From Octopus vulgaris (Eukaryota), in contig OX597834.1 of the NCBI GenBank assembly GCA_951406725.2, positions 12,896,001 through 12,960,000 of the forward strand: a stretch of 64,000 nucleotides of DNA. The letters are read 5' to 3'. Of this stretch, positions 27,150 to 40,333 are shown in pieces (the stretch's first letter is position 1; each line of letters opens with the position of its first letter). Under the pieces are notes generated by a model. That model saw nothing but the letters and a program-made list of their open reading frames with translations. It was not told where the DNA came from and searched no databases. The position numbers and the translations under genes are program-made.

Positions 27150-27900
27150 CCTTCTCGTTCGGAGAAGCCTAACGACTGACGATTGATATTTAGGCAGTGT
27201 GTGATATATCCCCAATAAATACAGGTACAAAATTGAACTTGTAATCTGGATAGAGTAACTGCAGTTTTCTCAATAGTTCAGCGTAGGTATTCTCTTTTTT
27301 ACTGAACTTCAGCTTTATATTAACAACCACTGAACAGCTGATTTCCAAAACTTTACACATTTTCTCTTCTCTATTCCAAATCATTATATCAGGTCTATTT
27401 CATTTCCATGTTTAAAAAATTTTTTTCACTGGGACGTTCTACCAGTACTACTTTGTATTATGCTTGGTTATGTCTTCCACCATATCGCGAGTTCGTTCTT
27501 CTTTATACTCACATCTATCCTCTCGGCGGATTTCGTTATAGAATATCCTAGCTACAACATCATGTCTCATCGGTAGATAATATCGCGATGGCATTTTCGG
27601 ACAGCTCCTTATGATCTGGGCAGTACCTTCGCAAAGTCTACAATGGTTGTTCCATTTTACTCCTTTTCCTTCATCTGTCCCTTTGGTACATCAAGTAGTT
27701 GGTTGATATTTCTTGTTCCTGGATTCCAGACTCACACCCTTCAACGTGGGGAATCCGGTTGCTTAGGTGATCAATGCTATTATCATATCGGAGATTTCCG
27801 CTAAAGTATCCATGCATGGACTTCTCTTTATACATGTTTATATTTTCACCACATGATACGTTGCGGTAACGTCATGCGACTTCTTTGCGCAGATATGTAA
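27150..27900 (-). pseudogene. Non-LTR retrotransposon 3' fossil with restriction-like endonuclease (R4/NeSL/R2 group)
   Basis: Minus-strand peptides GIQEQEISTNYLMYQRDR, CRLCEGTAQIIRSCPKMPSRYYLPMRHDVVARIF (degenerate CCHC plus RHD) and NRPDIMIWNREEKMCKVLEISC (PD..D/E). Stops and frameshifts present. Confidence 0.85.
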
Positions 27901-28017
27901 GGTTATCAGACAAGGAATGCCCCCTCCCCATAAGGGGCTTCCTTCCAAGTCTGCTGCGTATATATGTGTGTATGTATGTGTGCATGCATGTATGTATGTA
28001 TTTATGTAACTATACTG

Positions 28018-28424
28018 TTTACTCTTTTACTTGTTTCAGTCATTTGACTGCGGCCATGCTGGAGCACCGCCTTTAGTCGAGCAGATCGACCCCGGGACTT
28101 ATTATTTGTAAGCCGAGTACTTATTCTATCGGTCTCTTTTGCCGAACCGCTAAGTGACGGGGACGTAAACACACCAGCATCGGTTGTCAAGCAATGCTAG
28201 GGGGACAAACACAGACACACAAACACACACACACAAACATACATATATATATACATATATACGACAGGCTTCTTTCAGTTTCCGTCTACCAAATCCACTC
28301 ACAAAGCATTGGTCGGCCCGGGGCTATAGAAGAAGACACTTGCGCAAGATGCCACGCAGTGGGACTGAACCCGGAACCATGTGGCTGGTTAGCAAGCTAC
28401 TTACCACACAGCCACTCCTGCGCC
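28018..28424 (-). mobile_element. SINE family A, full length
   Basis: Reverse complement of 7532-7949. Confidence 0.9.
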
Positions 28425-28514
28425 TATGTATGTATGTATTTATGTAACATGTGGTACAATTATAAACGGCAATTTTTAGCCAATGCTCTGCAGACTGACA
28501 AAATGACGAACAAA

Positions 28515-28558
28515 TTTAATCCAGTTTCGAACCTTACTGGGTTCTCATCAGAAGCGTC
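28515..28558 (-). ncRNA. Degenerate hammerhead motif
   Basis: Minus strand CTGATGA-GAACC-CAGTAA-GGTTC-GAAAC. Stems I and III are poorly preserved. Confidence 0.45.
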
Positions 28559-29104
28559 CACATCAGAAGGCAGGTGGCTTAGTCGTTAATACGTTACACA
28601 AATGCTCATAGTATTATGGTTTCGAAATCTGGAAGCATTATGGCTATTGCTCTTGAGCAGCATATTCCATTTCATGCTAAACCAGTCCATTAAGTAATGC
28701 AGTAATTCTTCAATGAACCGCTTGAATTGAAGTGGCGATATATAAGTCTCAGAACTCTAGAAAACGCCCTTACGATTTTATGGATCCAGAAAGAGATTTG
28801 TATATTTATTTATATATCTGTGGCTGTGTTTGTGCGCGCGTGTATGTGTGTGTGTGTGTGTGTGTTTGTGTGTGTGTGAAGTAATATTTGGTTGTGTGCT
28901 TATCAATATGTACAGTTTCATGGAAGACTCAAGTATATAAATTGAAGCTTTACAGAATATATCAATATTCAGCCGGCTTTCAATTTAATGTTTTGGCAAC
29001 TAATGTACTTGGTATTAATAGGTATGATACACAAAATATATTCACTAGAAATTCAGATAAACACCAGTATTTATCTTTATACAGCTGGAGTTTATCTTAA
29101 TTTT

Positions 29105-29105
29105 T

Positions 29106-29152
<47 letters not shown>

Positions 29153-29342
29153 GTATGTACACACATACTTATTTATGTATATATATATATATATGCATAA
29201 ACATATATGAGTATAGGTACATGTATGTGTATCTCACTATATATATATATATAAATATATATATACGAATATATATTTATATTGATATATGTATATGCGT
29301 ATATATATAAATATATATATATACGAATATATATTTATATTG

Positions 29343-29395
<53 letters not shown>

Positions 29396-29416
29396 GCGAA
29401 TATATATTTATATTGA

Positions 29417-29459
<43 letters not shown>

Positions 29460-29508
29460 GATTATATATTTATATTGATATATGTATATGTGTATATATA
29501 TATATATG

Positions 29509-29574
<66 letters not shown>

Positions 29575-29590
29575 TATGCATACATACGTA
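29105..29590. repeat. (TA)n block containing 4 copies of TACGA(A/T)TATATATTTATATTGATATATGTAT
   Basis: Seen directly. Confidence 0.9.
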
Positions 29591-30109
29591 CATTTGTCTG
29601 TGTGATTGTGTGTTAGTGTGTGTATGCGAATCGGCAGCAAACGTTTCAATACTTCAATGAACTGGTAAAGTAGTATAAAAACAAAACAAAAAAACAAAAA
29701 GAAAACACAGGTTAACGGAAGGTTCAAATGCGCCTAGAATGGTTTGGTAGACAAAGCATTACATTTCAGTGAGTATTTGGTACTCAGAAACAATATGTAT
29801 GCAATTCGAATATTCCTGCATATAAAATCACAGTCAAAAATCCATGGAAATCGATGACAAAGAGGAACACAACATGAATTTCAAAAACGATAACATTTAG
29901 TTTTTATCGGGGGAAAAAAAAAAAAATAAAGGATACTGAAAACATTAGTCGTGCCGGCCGCAATTATAGTTGCTACAACAATATACAGGAGAATTATGAT
30001 ATAGTCTAAACAAGCTTTAGTGTTGGAGAGAACGGGCCTATAAATATGGGAGAACAAAGTCGTCAACTATGGGCGAATGAAAACATGGAAATAAATGTGA
30101 TAGTAATTT

Positions 30110-30133
30110 GTGTGTATACACATATACATACAG

Positions 30134-30216
<83 letters not shown>

Positions 30217-30392
30217 TATCTACATCTACATATATATCTACATATATACATATATACATACATATATACATATATACATACATACATACATATATACATA
30301 CATACATATATACATAATACATATATACATACATACATATATACATACATACATATATACATACATATATATATACATACATACATACATAT

Positions 30393-30439
<47 letters not shown>

Positions 30440-30473
30440 TTTATATACATATATATATATAGAGAGAGAAACA

Positions 30474-30542
<69 letters not shown>
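30110..30542. repeat. (TA)n/(TACA)n/(CA)n compound microsatellite
   Basis: Seen directly. Confidence 0.9.
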
Positions 30543-30544
<2 letters not shown>

Positions 30545-31299
30545 CCGCTCACGGACACACGCAAATATGGATATATTAACTAGAGCATCAATAGTCGATC
30601 TACAAATCAACAAGGAAAACTGAATGAAAATACATACTTTTTATTTCTTTTGAACCCCGCAAGCAAATAATTTTTATCAACACAATCTTGCCTTGATTGT
30701 TGATATTTTAAAAATTATTTTCATATTTTTTTTTACATAATGCCTCAATGGATTCGAAAAGACTTCGCCTAAAGCATTTTTTTTTAAAACACTGCCTCAA
30801 ACGGACACAGCAATCTAAATCATGATATAAAGAAAGCTAGCCTTATTGAAATCGCTCGATTTATACAGGACGTAAGCAACGCTTTTTATTAAGGTATAGA
30901 AGCCAAATGATAACAGCCATAACAAAAATATAGAAAAATATATATTTATAAATACAATACAAATAGATATCACCATCTGTGTTACGTTACAATATGGAGG
31001 AATATTAAATGTAAAATAAAAAAAAATATGTATATATAAATATATAAGCGCTTGAAAAATGATTGAAGATTATATCTCATTATCTGCTCCTTCCCTCGCA
31101 ATTTCTCTCTCCAGCACATATTCCCCCATCCATTGTTTTCATCCTCTGTTTCTGTAGAGTGCTGTCACTATCTATCACTTGTATTTTCTTTTATATTATG
31201 ATGAATGTCATGCGTATAACATGTTTTGTGTCACAGTGACATTCTCCATTCCTGCCTACCCGTTCTTCTATTCTAATACAGTTATATAAGCGTATATAC

Positions 31300-31304
31300 A
31301 CACA

Positions 31305-31340
<36 letters not shown>

Positions 31341-31394
31341 ATGTATATGTATGTATATATTGTGTATATATATATAATGTATATGCATGTATAT

Positions 31395-31434
<40 letters not shown>

Positions 31435-31468
31435 GTATATGCATGTATATATTATATAATGTATATGC

Positions 31469-31501
<33 letters not shown>

Positions 31502-31559
31502 TATAATGTATGTGCATGTATATATTATATATATATAATGTATATGCATGTATATATTG

Positions 31560-31602
<43 letters not shown>
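31300..31602. repeat. (TA)n block with repeated TAATGTATATGCATGTATATAT units
   Basis: Seen directly. Confidence 0.85.
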
Positions 31603-31605
<3 letters not shown>

Positions 31606-31725
31606 TGATGACCGATAAACTATAGAAAATTACAATTCTTCAGGTTTTAAATAATAGAGTTCTTCTTGACAGAAACACAAAAATGCTCAAATATATATAT
31701 ATATGTGTGTGTATATATGCATGTA

Positions 31726-31767
<42 letters not shown>

Positions 31768-32209
31768 TAGATAGAGAAATGCATACATTTGTACATACAT
31801 ATATACAGACATACATACATACACACTACATATTTGCATGAAAATAAATGTGTCAAATATATATATGTATGAGAGTATGAGTGTGGTTAAGTGCCTGTGT
31901 ATTAACTCGAATGTATATGTAGTTATACCGAACTACTATGTAGGTATGCATAAACGTGCACATTGAACACGTTAACGAAACTTATTCTACGAAGTAAAAC
32001 GGAGCCATGCGTAACAACAACAGTAGATTATAAACAGAGCTATGACATTTTTGCAGAAACTATCAAGCATGAAACATATGCAAAATTAATTCCTCTATAT
32101 ACTAGGGGAAATTTAAATGTACTTTCGTCCCTGGAGGAGATATTAAGTAATTTTCCACATAATCCTTTGATATTCTATATATGAACGCATCTATATATGA
32201 ACGCATTCA

Positions 32210-32212
<3 letters not shown>

Positions 32213-32255
<43 letters not shown>

Positions 32256-32276
32256 ATAGATACATAAAAATATAAT

Positions 32277-32338
<62 letters not shown>

Positions 32339-32354
32339 TACATAAAAATATAAT

Positions 32355-32417
<63 letters not shown>

Positions 32418-32462
32418 CATAGATACATATAAATATATATATAGCATATCCTATATATATAT

Positions 32463-32502
<40 letters not shown>

Positions 32503-32526
32503 ACCATAGATACATAAAAATATAAT

Positions 32527-32585
<59 letters not shown>

Positions 32586-32604
32586 GTATATATATGTGTA
32601 TATG
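32213..32604. repeat. (TA)n-spaced minisatellite, unit CCATAGATACATAAAAATATAATT(A/G)CA
   Basis: Unit or variant at about 32254, 32335, 32417 and 32504. Confidence 0.85.
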
Positions 32605-32914
32605 CTATGTATTTGGTATTGTTACGTGTATGTTTGCGTGAGTATTATAACTGGCAAAACGTATGATATATTTGTTTTTTATTTCTCTTCTGAATATTCG
32701 GAGAAACGATTTCAAATCAGACGTAAGTAGATTTATGATAATATAATAGAATATTATAACGAGGGTTAGGCAGAAACATATAATTATTTGCATCAAGTAT
32801 AGCTGCATAGAATTACATTAGATCCAAGAATTACTAGACAGTCAAATATTCGGATGCTCAAGGTGCAAATTTTGAAATGGTTAGTTTCTGGTTGAAAAAT
32901 ATTCAAGACATATA

Positions 32915-33316
32915 GGCGCAGGAGTGGCTGTGTGGTAAGTAGCTTGCTAATCAACCACATGGTTCCGGGTTCAGTCCCACTGCGTGGCATCTTGGGCAAG
33001 TGTCTTCTGCTATAGCCTCGAGCCGACCAATGCCTTGTGAGTGGATTTGGTAGACGGAAACTGAAAGAAGCCTGTCGTATATATGTGTATATATATATAT
33101 GTGTGTGTGTCTGTGTTTGTCCCCCTAGCATTGCTTGACAACCGATGCTGGTGTGTTTACGTCCTCGTCACTTAGGGGTTCGGCAAAAAAGACCGAAATA
33201 ATAAGTACTGGGCTTACAAAGAATAAGTCCCGGGTTCGATTTGCTGGACTAAAGGCGGTGCTGCAACATGGCCGCAGCCAAATGACTGAAACAAGTAAAA
33301 GAGTAAAAGAGAGTAA
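32915..33316 (+). mobile_element. SINE family A, full length
   Basis: Matches 7532-7949. Confidence 0.9.
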
Positions 33317-33572
33317 AAAAAAGCATATGTGTTAAATATATTACTAGAAAAGAAAATGGAAGCGCTTTGTTTGTACAGCAGGTCTAACTAAAATATTTGT
33401 TGGTTCATAGTTCACGTATCCCTGTGCTCACAGCTTTACGTGTATCCTGTGACGTTAGATGTACAGTTCAAGCACTTGAAATTGTTATACATGTGATGGT
33501 TCTTACAAGACTATGAAAGCGTGTTAAAACGGCGTTCATTTAGTTAGTTACTAAGCAACTCACAGAGTATGA

Positions 33573-33639
<67 letters not shown>

Positions 33640-33660
33640 CACACACATATATATACATAT

Positions 33661-33990
33661 AGACACAGGAGTGACTGTGTGCTAAGTAGCTTGCTAACCA
33701 ACCACATGGTTCCGGGTTCAGTCCCACTGCGTGGCATCATGCGCAAGTGTCTTCTGCTATAGCCCCGGGCCGACCAATGCCTTGTGAGTGGATTTGGTTG
33801 ACGGAAACTGAAAGAAGCCTGTCGTATATATAATAATATATATGTGTACATGTGTGTGTTTGTCCCGCTAGCATCTCTTGACAACCGATGTTGGTGTGTT
33901 TACGTCCCCGTCACTTAGCGGTTCGGCAAAAGAGACCGATAGAATAAGAACTGGGCTTACAAAGAATAAGTCCCGGGGTCGATTTGCTCA
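33661..33990 (+). mobile_element. SINE family A, 3'-truncated
   Basis: Matches family A up to GGGGTCGATTTGCTC. Confidence 0.85.
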
Positions 33991-34537
33991 ACATATATAT
34001 GCGGTAGTGTGATTTCCTTTATGGGACTGTCACGTTAAGGTGACAGTTTACAACTGCTCTATCGTACCACCACAGCTCATATCTCTCTGAGATATTTAGA
34101 AATTTAATATTTCTATTTTTTGTGATCAGTGGATTTATTTCACTGGAATTATATTTGTTTACAAGGTATAGACTGGCATCTGCAGCTAACAGGCCACGGT
34201 ACTCCAGATTTTTGTTGTTCTTTGAGAGAAGCTAAACGAATTTGCATGCGACACCGGCGTTTCTCGGTAAAGAAGAAATTAGAAATGAAGAGCTTCACGG
34301 AAGCGACAGCGGAAGACCCGGAAAAGGTGGAATTAAGAAGCCTAACACCGAAGTCGTTTGAATTGGGATCCTGAAAAACATGAAGAGATAAATGAGCAAA
34401 GTAGAAAGAGGAACAACGAATGTGAAGCTTGTAATATCGGAGGAGAAAAAGAAATTGTTAAGGAATTCACCAGTAATATACAGAACATTTTCCATCGAAT
34501 CCAGGAGGATTGAAATAGCATCTGAATTTCAAATAGA

Positions 34538-34814
34538 GGATCTTTTCCTTTTCAACGGCACTTTTCAACACAATTTCTAGTTAACTAAACACTTTTAAAC
34601 TTCGTATACTGGTAGAATGTGTCAAAATAAAACATTTTTTTCTCTTGGCTTTCTTGAGAAAATTGTAATTTGTAAGTTTAACGTAGATTAATTTTTCGAA
34701 TTTTAATCATTTGCTGCGTCTAAAACACACAACATTCAACCAGTATACGAAGATTAAAAATGTTTAGTTAACTAGAAATTGTGTTGAAAACTGCCGTTCA
34801 AAAGGAAATGATCC
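34538..34814. mobile_element. MITE, GGATC-terminated TIRs, perfect 8-bp TSD (Merlin-like)
   Basis: TIRs GGATCTTTTCCTTTTCAACGGCA / TGCCGTTCAAAAGGAAATGATCC. TSD CAAATAGA at 34530-34537 and 34815-34822. Confidence 0.85.
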
Positions 34815-35427
34815 CAAATAGAAGCAATGGTATCGTGCTGTACGGATAGAGTGGTTTTCATAAATAGAGGAATCCAATACGGCACTGTAAATGTTATATT
34901 TGAAAACGTGGAGGCGGCAAAGATGAAGGACCAAGTGATAGAAGGAAATAGGTGGACTCTCATACCCAACACACTAGGAAAAAAAGTTGGTGAAATTTAG
35001 AGTTGAAAGATTCCCCCCCCCCCATATTAGAGCCAGAAGGGTTATAGTGGGAATCTTCGGAGAGAATTTGAAGAGAGGAAATACAAAGTTGAACGTAGTA
35101 AAAGTGAGCAAATCAAAATGTTTGAATATTTGGGGTTATGAAATTGAAACAGTTTGTGGCATAACCTCAGAATACTATGAGGAAATACCGGAAACGGTAG
35201 GATTACCGACCTGGGAAAAGTTGGTTATTGTGCTGCAGGGAAGGCCCCCAAAATGCTACTTGTGTGGAATGAGGGGGAATATGCGAAGGAAATCCTCGAA
35301 TACGAAAGTAGAGAAAAGGTTGGAAACAACGGTGGAAGAAAAAGCAGCCGATGAAGAGAAGAAGGAGAACTATAATAGAACGAATATTGTGAAGAGCAGG
35401 AAGAGAGAACGTAAAAAGTCACCAAGT

Positions 35428-35829
35428 GTATCTTTTCGGTTTGAACGGCAGTTTTCCTAGCGGTGTCATATGAAATTGTCACCCATAATTATGACCCTAG
35501 TATCGAACTATTGCATTTCAATCTGTTTTAGTGTTAGGGTTAGGAGTGGCGGGAAGGGTATCTTTTTTTCTTCACACATTAAATAAACTCAATCTGATTG
35601 ATAAACGAGGGACATATTCATACGGCACAGAATGTTTTTACCACAGTAGACGTCATCGATTGGTTGAAATTGCAGAAATTGAAGAAAACAAACAACAAAT
35701 ATCTTACAAACTATAGAATCTTCTCAATAAAGCCAAGAGAAAATGATGTTTGATAAACACATTCTACCAGTATACAAAGTTTAAAATTTTTTAGTTACCT
35801 AGAAATTATGTTAAAAACGAAAAAGATCC
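35428..35829 (+). mobile_element. MITE, same family, about 400-bp form
   Basis: Left TIR TCTTTTCGGTTTGAACGGCAG, right end AAAAGATCC (partly deleted). Body matches 38781-39194. Confidence 0.85.
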
Positions 35830-36559
35830 GAAAAAGTAAAAGAATAGCAGAGTATATAAAATATCAGAATGGTAACACTGAGGAACCAACTATAGAAGAG
35901 ATATATATAAATCTAGAGTTGTTTAAGCTCAAAGATAAAGAAAAACAAATGGAAGAGACGTCTTTGCAGCCGGGAGAAATTCGAGATATACAAACGGAGG
36001 AGGATGTGAACGAAGTGGTAGACTCGAGAAGGAAAACACAAGAAAAGAAAGAGAACGAGAGGAAGAAAAAATGTCGTATAGAGAATAAACGTGGTGAAAA
36101 AAACCTAGACGGTAAGTAACGAGTGTAACGCAACTAATGTTTAATAAAACAACGTGAATATTAAACGGCAAATGAACTGAGAATTGAACTCGCGTTATTT
36201 GTGTTTGAAATTGTAAAAAAATAGGAAAAAATGTAATACTTGAAAAACAAAAGATAAAATAGAAATGGAAAATAGAAAGACTAATGTGAACAATTAATGA
36301 TATATTTTATACGATAATGATACGACCATCGTGGTTTCGCTTCACAGTGCAACCCGATGGTACTGAGAATTAATGTGAAAAGTTCAAGGTTCGTTTCGCT
36401 GCGGGAGCGAGTCGAACCGTCTCATTATCATTATTTGTTGACTCATTCCATCAATCATACATCATTTGTTTTATGTTCCAGTTTGTCTTGTTATGTCTCT
36501 TCTATATAATCAGGCCATTGTGCCTATAATAAATAGGTGGTAATTCATCTATTCGCGTA

Positions 36560-36941
36560 AGAATCAGACGGTCCAAACTTCAAAGTTTTGGTTTTCCATC
36601 CGGAATGTTGTTTCGAAGAGGAGGTCTTTCTCTCTTTCTCAAAGGCTGTCATTACTTTTGAGACAGTACTTCTTGGTACACCAAATATTTCGGCTATTTT
36701 CGTTACGCTAGCACCTGCCGTACGATCACCAACAATTTGACCTCTTTGAAAGAGGTCAAATTTTAACTCAATGCAATGAATTTTAATTACCCTTTTCTGA
36801 TGAATTTTAGCAAATCTTATTAAGCAACACTAATGATACATATAAAAAAACATAAAAAATAAACAAGCATTTGACGGTTTTATATATATTTCAGAATTAT
36901 GCTATGATGTTAGGTGTTTCCATCATCTTGTGCAACCCCTG
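36560..36941 (-). pseudogene. Tc1-like transposon 5' end with N-terminal HTH fossil
   Basis: Minus-strand peptide FQRGQIVGDRTAGASVTKIAEIFGVPRSTVSKVMTAFEKERKTSSSKQHSG. Terminal CAGGGGTTGCACAAGATGATGGAAACACC lies next to a TA-rich tract. Confidence 0.8.
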
Positions 36942-36992
36942 TGTATATATGTGTATATAAATGTACACACACATATATCTATATATATGTGC

Positions 36993-37070
<78 letters not shown>

Positions 37071-37101
37071 ATGAATATATACATATATACATACAGATGT
37101 A

Positions 37102-37139
<38 letters not shown>

Positions 37140-37162
37140 CAGATGTATGAATATATATATAT

Positions 37163-37195
<33 letters not shown>

Positions 37196-37240
37196 CAGAT
37201 GTATGAATATATATATATATAACACAGATGTATGAATATA

Positions 37241-37284
<44 letters not shown>

Positions 37285-37317
37285 TGTATACTTATATATA
37301 TATATATATATACATGA

Positions 37318-37406
<89 letters not shown>

Positions 37407-37428
37407 CATATATACCTATATACATATA
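36942..37428. repeat. (TA)n-spaced minisatellite, unit CAGATGTATGAATATA
   Basis: Seen directly, about 6 copies. Confidence 0.85.
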
Positions 37429-38053
37429 GGAATATATACTAACTCTGGCAGTTATGCTCCTGGAACGATTGGTTCGTGATTAAGTGTTGCCAGACGCATC
37501 GTTGAAAATGTGCATTCAATGTTGAATTTGAACGTGACATTTAGAATATCTCGCGGATATTGTTTTATTTTTTAATAAATCAGATACCATTTCACGAAAA
37601 AAAAAAGAATTAGAAGCAAACAAGGAAACGAATAACGTTAACGCGTAAGGGATTAACATTTTTAAAATGTCAACTTAATGTTTTGACTGAACACACGAGT
37701 CAGTAAGAATAATGCAAAAGATTTTTATCAAACTGCTGACATCACCACGCATTTGTGATTCCCTCCGATAATATCATTTAATATCTGCTAGAGTAACGTA
37801 TATTTTCTCATCATATCGAAACTGAAACTCTGTTTTATAGGTCACCATACGCTTTTGCTTCTTTGTTCTTTTGACATCTTCAGGTGATGTTTTAAGGCAA
37901 ACTAAACTGATTGAAGCCATCGCCCCTTTAACAATCGTCTACGGAGAAATGATTCTGTTGCTTGGAGTTAGAAATTGATCTTCTACTTGATATCATCAAC
38001 TGATACAGAATCAGCCAAATATACACCGTTACATACAATATAGAAGAGAAAAT

Positions 38054-38472
38054 GATTCTGTTCGGTTTGAACGGCAGTTTTTAACATAATTTCTAGGTAA
38101 CTAAAACATTTTAAACATCCTATACTGGTAGAATGTGTTTATAAAACATCATTTTCTCTTGGCTTTATTGAGAAAATTGTATGGTTTGTAAGATATTTGT
38201 TGCTTTTCTTCTTCAATTTCTGTAATTTCAACCAATCACTGGCGTCTATTGAGGTAAAAAAAAACATTCTATGCCGTATAAATATGTCCCTCGTTTAAGA
38301 AACAGATTGGGTTTATTTACATTTGTGAAGAAAAAAGATACACTTCCCACCATCGCTAACCCTAACCCTAAAACAGATTGAAATGCAATAGATCGATACT
38401 AGGGTCATAATTATGGGTGAAAATTTCATATGACACCGCTAGAAAAAACTGCCGTTCAAACCGAAAAGATCC
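38054..38472 (-). mobile_element. MITE, Merlin-like family
   Basis: Inverted copy of 38781-39194. Flanks GAGAAAAT / GAGGAAAT form an 8-bp TSD with one mismatch. Confidence 0.85.
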
Positions 38473-38780
38473 GAGGAAATTTTCATTATACTATCTTGCT
38501 ATTTACTACAACTTTAAATAAAATTCCATGTGGTAAAATCGGTAACGTCCCTGATTACAGGTTTGCGTGAGCAACGTAATATTGTAACAACAATACCATT
38601 TATCATTGTAAAGACCAGAATTTGACTAAAGCTGATATCAAAATAACCACTTAGAATCTAAAGCGGATTCCCAGAGCTGCTGGTTATGTTTACATACTCT
38701 GAATAGTATTTCGTAAGTCTTTGGAGGAATCCTGAGGCAGCAGGATAATTATCCATGTATGTAATTAGAATATTAAATAT

Positions 38781-39194
38781 GGATCTTTTCGGTTTGAACG
38801 GCAGTTTTTTCTAGCGGTATCATATGAAATTGTCACTCATAAATATGACCCTAGTATCGATCGATCTACTGCATATCAATTTGTTTTTCGGGTTAGGGGT
38901 GGAGTGAAGGGTATCTTTTTTTCTTCACAAATGTAAATAAACCCAATCTGTTTCTTAAACGAGGGACATATTCATACGGCAGAGAATGCGTTTTACCTCA
39001 ATAGACGTAAATGATTGGTTGAAATTGCAGAAATTGAAGAAAAAACAACAAATATCTTGCAAACTATAGACTTTTCTCAATAAAGCCAAGAGAAAAATAT
39101 GTTTTATAACAACATTCTACCAGTATACGAAGTTTAACATTTTTTGGTTACCTAGATATTATGTTAAAAACTGCCGTTCAAACCGAAAAGATCT
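38781..39194 (+). mobile_element. MITE, Merlin-like family
   Basis: TIRs GATCTTTTCGGTTTGAACGGCAGTTTTT / AAAAACTGCCGTTCAAACCGAAAAGATC, a perfect 28-bp match. Confidence 0.9.
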
Positions 39195-39462
39195 CTGTAT
39201 AGTAGTTCGTGAAATTTTGGCGGAATACTGAGGCAGCAGAATAATTATCTATGTATGTGATGAGAATATTAGTAAATATTTAAAGAAATACAGTTTTTAT
39301 AGAAATTTAAACATTAAGGTGCGCTTCTAAAACATAAAATGGCAAACATATTCATATTAGATTTGTGCCACACAGTTGATAATCCTCACTGATTGTGGAG
39401 TTTGGTTTAACTGAAAATATCCCGCAACAGCTCTCTACGATTTGAAAAATACATGAGAAAAT

Positions 39463-39846
39463 GGATGGAAGCACTCCGTCGGTTACGACGACGAGGGTTA
39501 GGGTTGATCCGATCAACAGAACAGCCTGCTCGTGAAATTAACGTGTAAGTGGCTGAGCACTCCACAGACACGTGTACCCTTAACGTAATTCTCGGGGATA
39601 TTCAGCGTGACACAGCGACAAGGCCGGCCCTTTGAAATACAGATACAGCAGAAACAGGAAGTAAGAGTGAGAGAAAGTTGTGGTGAAAGAGTACAGAAGG
39701 GATCACCACCATCCCCTGCCGGAGCCTCGTGGAGCTTTAGGTGTTTTCGCTCAATAAACACTCACAACGCCCTGTCTGGGAATGGAAACCGCGACCCTAC
39801 GACCGCGAGTCCGCTACCCTAATCAGTGGGCCATTGCGCCTCCACA
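39463..39846 (-). mobile_element. SINE family B with 12-bp TSD
   Basis: TSD ACATGAGAAAAT at 39451-39462 and 39847-39858. Confidence 0.92.
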
Positions 39847-40044
39847 ACATGAGAAAATATAGTGTAGGACGAAAAAGCATCGAAAAAAAAAGCATCGCAC
39901 TTACCCGAGAGTATTTCAGTCACCGTTTTAAACAAGAATAGAAAACTACCACTCTCTCTGTTACGTCGACGGTGGGGGAACACTTCACAGAGACGTTTAA
40001 CCTTGATGTGGTTCTCGGAAAGATTCAGCATGACACAATATAAC

Positions 40045-40200
40045 AATCCCAGGCCCTTGATATACGGGTATTAGTAATTTTTATCCAGCTGAGTGAACGG
40101 GAATATTGTACAATGGATTCTCTTGCTAAAAGACAAAACATCCCACGGGGAATCGAAATTACAAACTTCGCTCGTGAGACGAATATCCTAGCCGTTAAGA
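40045..40200 (-). mobile_element. Old diverged tRNA-SINE (family C-like)
   Basis: Minus strand TTTCGATTCCCC B-box-like motif followed by TGTCTTTTAGCAAGAG and TTCACTCAGCTG. Confidence 0.45.
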
Positions 40201-40333
40201 TATATGCGTTCGTAGAAAAAGGATAGAAAAAATAATACAGGTGGTACATAGAAAAAAAAAAAACAAATTTAGAGTGAATTTTTTGCGGGGCCTCTCGTAT
40301 ATTTCTCGGCAAATATTAATTGACTTTTCAGAC

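Larger units (their letters stand above)
34285..36119 (+). pseudogene. Gag/ORF1-like retroelement fossil with degenerate zinc knuckle, interrupted by two MITEs
   Basis: MKSFTEAT start. The frame continues across the first MITE (..EFQIE|AMVSCCTDRVVFINRGIQYGTVNVIFENVEAAK..), then frameshifts in an A-run at about 34980. GRPPKCYLCGMRGNMRRKS is a decayed CX2CX4HX4C. K/E-rich C-terminus; no ORF2 seen. Confidence 0.65.
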
